DNA from: Streptomyces virus Yaboi
Taxonomy: Duplodnaviria; Heunggongvirae; Uroviricota; Caudoviricetes
Direction: 5' to 3' (one strand)
IMG/VR virus record: IMGVR_UViG_2974625447_000001
Span: 57,808 to 121,807 of that record
DNA length: 64,000 nucleotides
Shown: piece by piece, positions 61,721 to 64,000 of the stretch
How the letters are laid out: each line of letters starts with the position of its first letter
How positions within the stretch are numbered: the first letter of the stretch is position 1
Notes under the pieces: generated by a model
Databases searched by the model: none
What the model was told of the DNA's origin: nothing
The model's input: only the letters and a program-made list of their open reading frames with translations
Translations under genes and position numbers: made by a program

Positions 61721-61920
61721 TACAGTGATGCTGTTAGTTAGAGTAAGCAATGAACCGCCCCGGCTAGCGCTACGCGCCACAGGATAAAATTGAAAGGTCC
61801 CTGGGCTGCTGCCGACCATCAGCTATTTAACCCCTTGCCAGAACTGACTGATAGGGGACCCAGGAACACAACCTCATGACCTCACTACAATAGTGTAACA
61901 AGGTCATCGCTCTGTGTCAA

Positions 61921-62124
61921 TCACCACTCCAGCTCATCGACCACACAGTAGTGAGAGACGAACGGAACGACCCACCGAGTGTTGAGCAGCTTGCCCCTTT
62001 CCTCCCACAGAGTGAGAGTCTTGGTTTCGTTGTTCATCTCGATACCGTTGGTCATGATCCCTGTGAATTCCAGCTCCCTTCGGACGCCTTCTTCGAGAAC
62101 GATCACAGTTACGGTGTGAGTCAT
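61921..62124 (-). CDS. hypothetical protein (minus strand)
   Basis: 67 aa; RBS gaagggaatcgcATG on minus strand; TAGACA-N17-TAGACT promoter upstream. Confidence 0.4.
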   Translation of the reverse strand: MTHTVTVIVLEEGVRRELEFTGIMTNGIEMNNETKTLTLWEERGKLLNTRWVVPFVSHYCVVDELEW

Positions 62125-62219
62125 GCGATTCCCTTCGTTGGTACTAGTCTAACAGAGTACAAGGGACATGTCTACCACCGGCCAAAATAGCCGGGGCGGC
62201 CCGAAGGCCGCCCGTGGGC

Positions 62220-62537
62220 TTAGTTCCAATAGGACTCGGACTCGTAGTCCTCCATCATTTCCTCGAAAGCCTCAGCGAGCCACACAGCCCGCTCCTTACG
62301 ACGGATCTCACGGCGGAGGAGAGGACCCTTCTCACCCTCATCCGCGTAGCGGTGGGGCAGGATGCGGCTGCTGGCACTGACACCGCCGTTGGCGCTGGAG
62401 TTCTGAGAGCAGAATCCGCAGCGGCAGCTACGACGACCGGTGCCGGGAATCGGAATGCCCTTGGCACTGTTGGCAAAGGCGACGGAGCGACGGTGGCCCA
62501 CGATGCGGTCCTGAGTGAGCGCGTAGTAACCCATACA
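62220..62537 (-). CDS. small Cys-containing protein (minus strand)
   Basis: MGYYALTQDRIVGHRRS...CRCGFC; RBS gggaaggaattgtATG; start refined from track ORF 62220-62633; terminator 62183-62206. Confidence 0.4.
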   Translation of the reverse strand, partial: CMGYYALTQDRIVGHRRSVAFANSAKGIPIPGTGRRSCRCGFCSQNSSANGGVSASSRILPHRYADEGEKGPLLRREIRRKERAVWLAEAFEEMMEDYESESYWN

Positions 62538-62550
62538 ATTCCTTCCCTCG

Positions 62551-62581
62551 AACTGATACGAGTCTAGCAGAGTAGTCGGCC
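62551..62581 (-). promoter_or_regulatory. minus-strand promoter TAGACA-N17-TAGACT
   Basis: minus strand reads gGTAGACAatggccgactactctgcTAGACTcg upstream of gene 62220-62537; same motif upstream of 61921-62124 (plus coordinates 62140-62172) and of 62638-63705 (63742-63775). Confidence 0.45.
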
Positions 62582-62637
62582 ATTGTCTACCCGAACCGGG
62601 GCGGCCAAAAGCCCCCGCCGAAGCGGGGGCCATTGAC

Positions 62638-63705
62638 TCAGGAAGCCAGAGCGAAGCCCAGGACAGCCCTACGGATCTTGTTCTTCTCGGAGTTGATCAC
62701 CGGGTCGAAACCGGAAGCAGCGGCGAAGAGGTTGTCCACCTCGCCCTTACGCGGCATGCGGTACCAGTCCAGACGCTCCGTCAGGGCGTTCAGCGCACCC
62801 GCCATGGTGCCCTGGAGAGACTGAGTGGTCTTGGGGCCGTCGCCCGTGTCGGTGAAGATCCCCATCAGCAGGTCACGCTTGTTGTCCCACTTGACCTGAG
62901 AACCCTTGACGTTCTCCTTGGGACGGTCGCCGTAGACCTCACGGATGATCTCATCGAACTGGTTCTTCGTGCACTCCGTGCGGAACAGCTCGTTCATCTC
63001 ACGCTCGAACTCATCGGCGTAGGCGAACGTGATGCTCAGAGCCTCACGCGCAGCGGCCATGCGGCCCTCGATAGTCTGCGTGTGGCGCATCTTGAACGTC
63101 TGCTTCACACCGTTACGGAGTGCGAAGTTCAGCGTGTTCTGACACACGACACGGACCGGGGTGACGCTCGCCTGCACCGCAAGAGAGCCGTCGTGGGAGG
63201 TGTTGACCAGAAGATACATGTTGGTCACGTCGTCGTCACCGACCAGCACCTCACGGCCGATACGCAGAGATCCGAAGACCTGCGTACCATCCTTGATAGA
63301 ACCGGCAGTTTCCCACGTGCCACCGCCCGCGAGGATGCCGTCACCGAAGGCGAACAGCTCCTCATTCTGGACGACCTTGTATCGCTCCGCGACGATACCG
63401 AGAGAGTCCGCCTCGCCGTCGAACGGGTTGGTACGGATCACCTCGAAAGCGTTCTTCTTTGTGCGCCCCTTGCGCTCCAGCAGTTCCAGCCGGACGTTCC
63501 AGTTGGAAAGGTGTGCCAGGTCCAGCATCTCTCGCGTGGACAGCTCACCCTCGAAAACAGTGCCAAGGTTGTGCCAGGCAGGCTCAGCGCGGGTGGCGAA
63601 GGCGACCTGACCCCTGGAACCAATCTCAAGACCGTGCATCTTTGCTCCTAGTGTAGTCGTTTCTTCTAGCTTACTGCCATCATGACTGTCTGTCAAAGTA
63701 GTCAC
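62638..63705 (-). CDS. 355-aa protein, DUF932-like (phage/plasmid family) or structural protein
   Basis: contains NTSHDGSLAVQ motif that I recall from DUF932/TIGR03299; RBS ggagcaaagATG; terminator 62594-62622. Confidence 0.4.
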   Translation of the reverse strand: MTTLTDSHDGSKLEETTTLGAKMHGLEIGSRGQVAFATRAEPAWHNLGTVFEGELSTREMLDLAHLSNWNVRLELLERKGRTKKNAFEVIRTNPFDGEADSLGIVAERYKVVQNEELFAFGDGILAGGGTWETAGSIKDGTQVFGSLRIGREVLVGDDDVTNMYLLVNTSHDGSLAVQASVTPVRVVCQNTLNFALRNGVKQTFKMRHTQTIEGRMAAAREALSITFAYADEFEREMNELFRTECTKNQFDEIIREVYGDRPKENVKGSQVKWDNKRDLLMGIFTDTGDGPKTTQSLQGTMAGALNALTERLDWYRMPRKGEVDNLFAAASGFDPVINSEKNKIRRAVLGFALAS

Positions 63706-63838
63706 GCTGGCCTGCCGAACGGGGTTTCCCCCTGTTCATGTTCTTAGTCTAACAGGGTCGGCCTGATCTGTCGAAGAGATTTGGGACATGATCATTTCGC
63801 CGGGGCGGCTTTGCGGCCCCGGAGGGCCGCTAGCCAAT

Positions 63839-64000
63839 TAGGGAATCATGCCGAGCGGTTCCCACGTTTCGATAATCTCGTCATCCGTGACAGCCGCTAC
63901 AGCCTGGTACTCACCCTCTCGCACGTTCGAAGAGGTGTCATAGACAACGACACGGTAACCCGCATCGTCCAAGTCGTAGCCGAAGTTTTCGAACCAGCGT
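63839..64000 (-). CDS. hypothetical protein, C-terminal fragment (gene continues beyond window)
   Basis: minus-strand frame ...ETWEPLGMIP* ending at TAA 63839-63841; terminator hairpin 63797-63822. Confidence 0.35.

Noticed and set aside
1-64000. CRISPR arrays, rRNA genes, integrase/transposase
   Set aside because: No spaced direct repeats of CRISPR type, no rRNA-like segments and no recognisable integrase or transposase motifs were seen in this window

Overview
This window reads as a large phage genome segment, probably an actinobacteriophage: it has a WhiB regulator, LVGC lipoboxes and sigma-70-like TTGACA-N17-TAGAGT promoters. Nearly all genes are on the + strand up to about 60.6 kb. From about 61.9 kb the genes switch to the - strand, with a repeat-rich 1.6 kb non-coding junction in between. 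The left 14 kb is a replication/recombination/packaging block. It contains DnaE-type pol III alpha, MazG, a RecA-like ATPase, a Cas4-like nuclease, a RuvC-like resolvase, an FkbM methyltransferase, a P-loop kinase, terminase large subunit, an HNH nuclease and a vWA protein. From 14.4 to 56.3 kb about 48 tRNA or tRNA-like genes are spread among small ORFs. By anticodon they cover all 20 amino acids, including an initiator-like Met tRNA. The same stretch carries a tmRNA whose tag reading frame is ANSNVASAYALAA. It also carries a Ro60/TROVE (Rsr) homologue with tRNA-like candidate Y-RNA elements upstream, and an RNA ligase plus polynucleotide kinase-phosphatase pair that could repair tRNA. Other genes in this stretch include an FtsK-like translocase, a nucleotidyltransferase, an SPFH protein, three vWA proteins and a DEDD exonuclease. 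There are also a GNAT, a SprT-like protease, dCMP deaminase, a metallophosphoesterase, WhiB, thioredoxin and a NADAR domain protein. The most unusual signals are three tRNA-like genes with a shared non-canonical architecture, a dense TGTCAC operator-like array, scattered T-arm-only minihelix elements, and the iteron-rich convergent junction. All coordinates were derived by hand from the raw sequence and may be off by 1-2 nt; tRNA identities are inferred from anticodon loops only.
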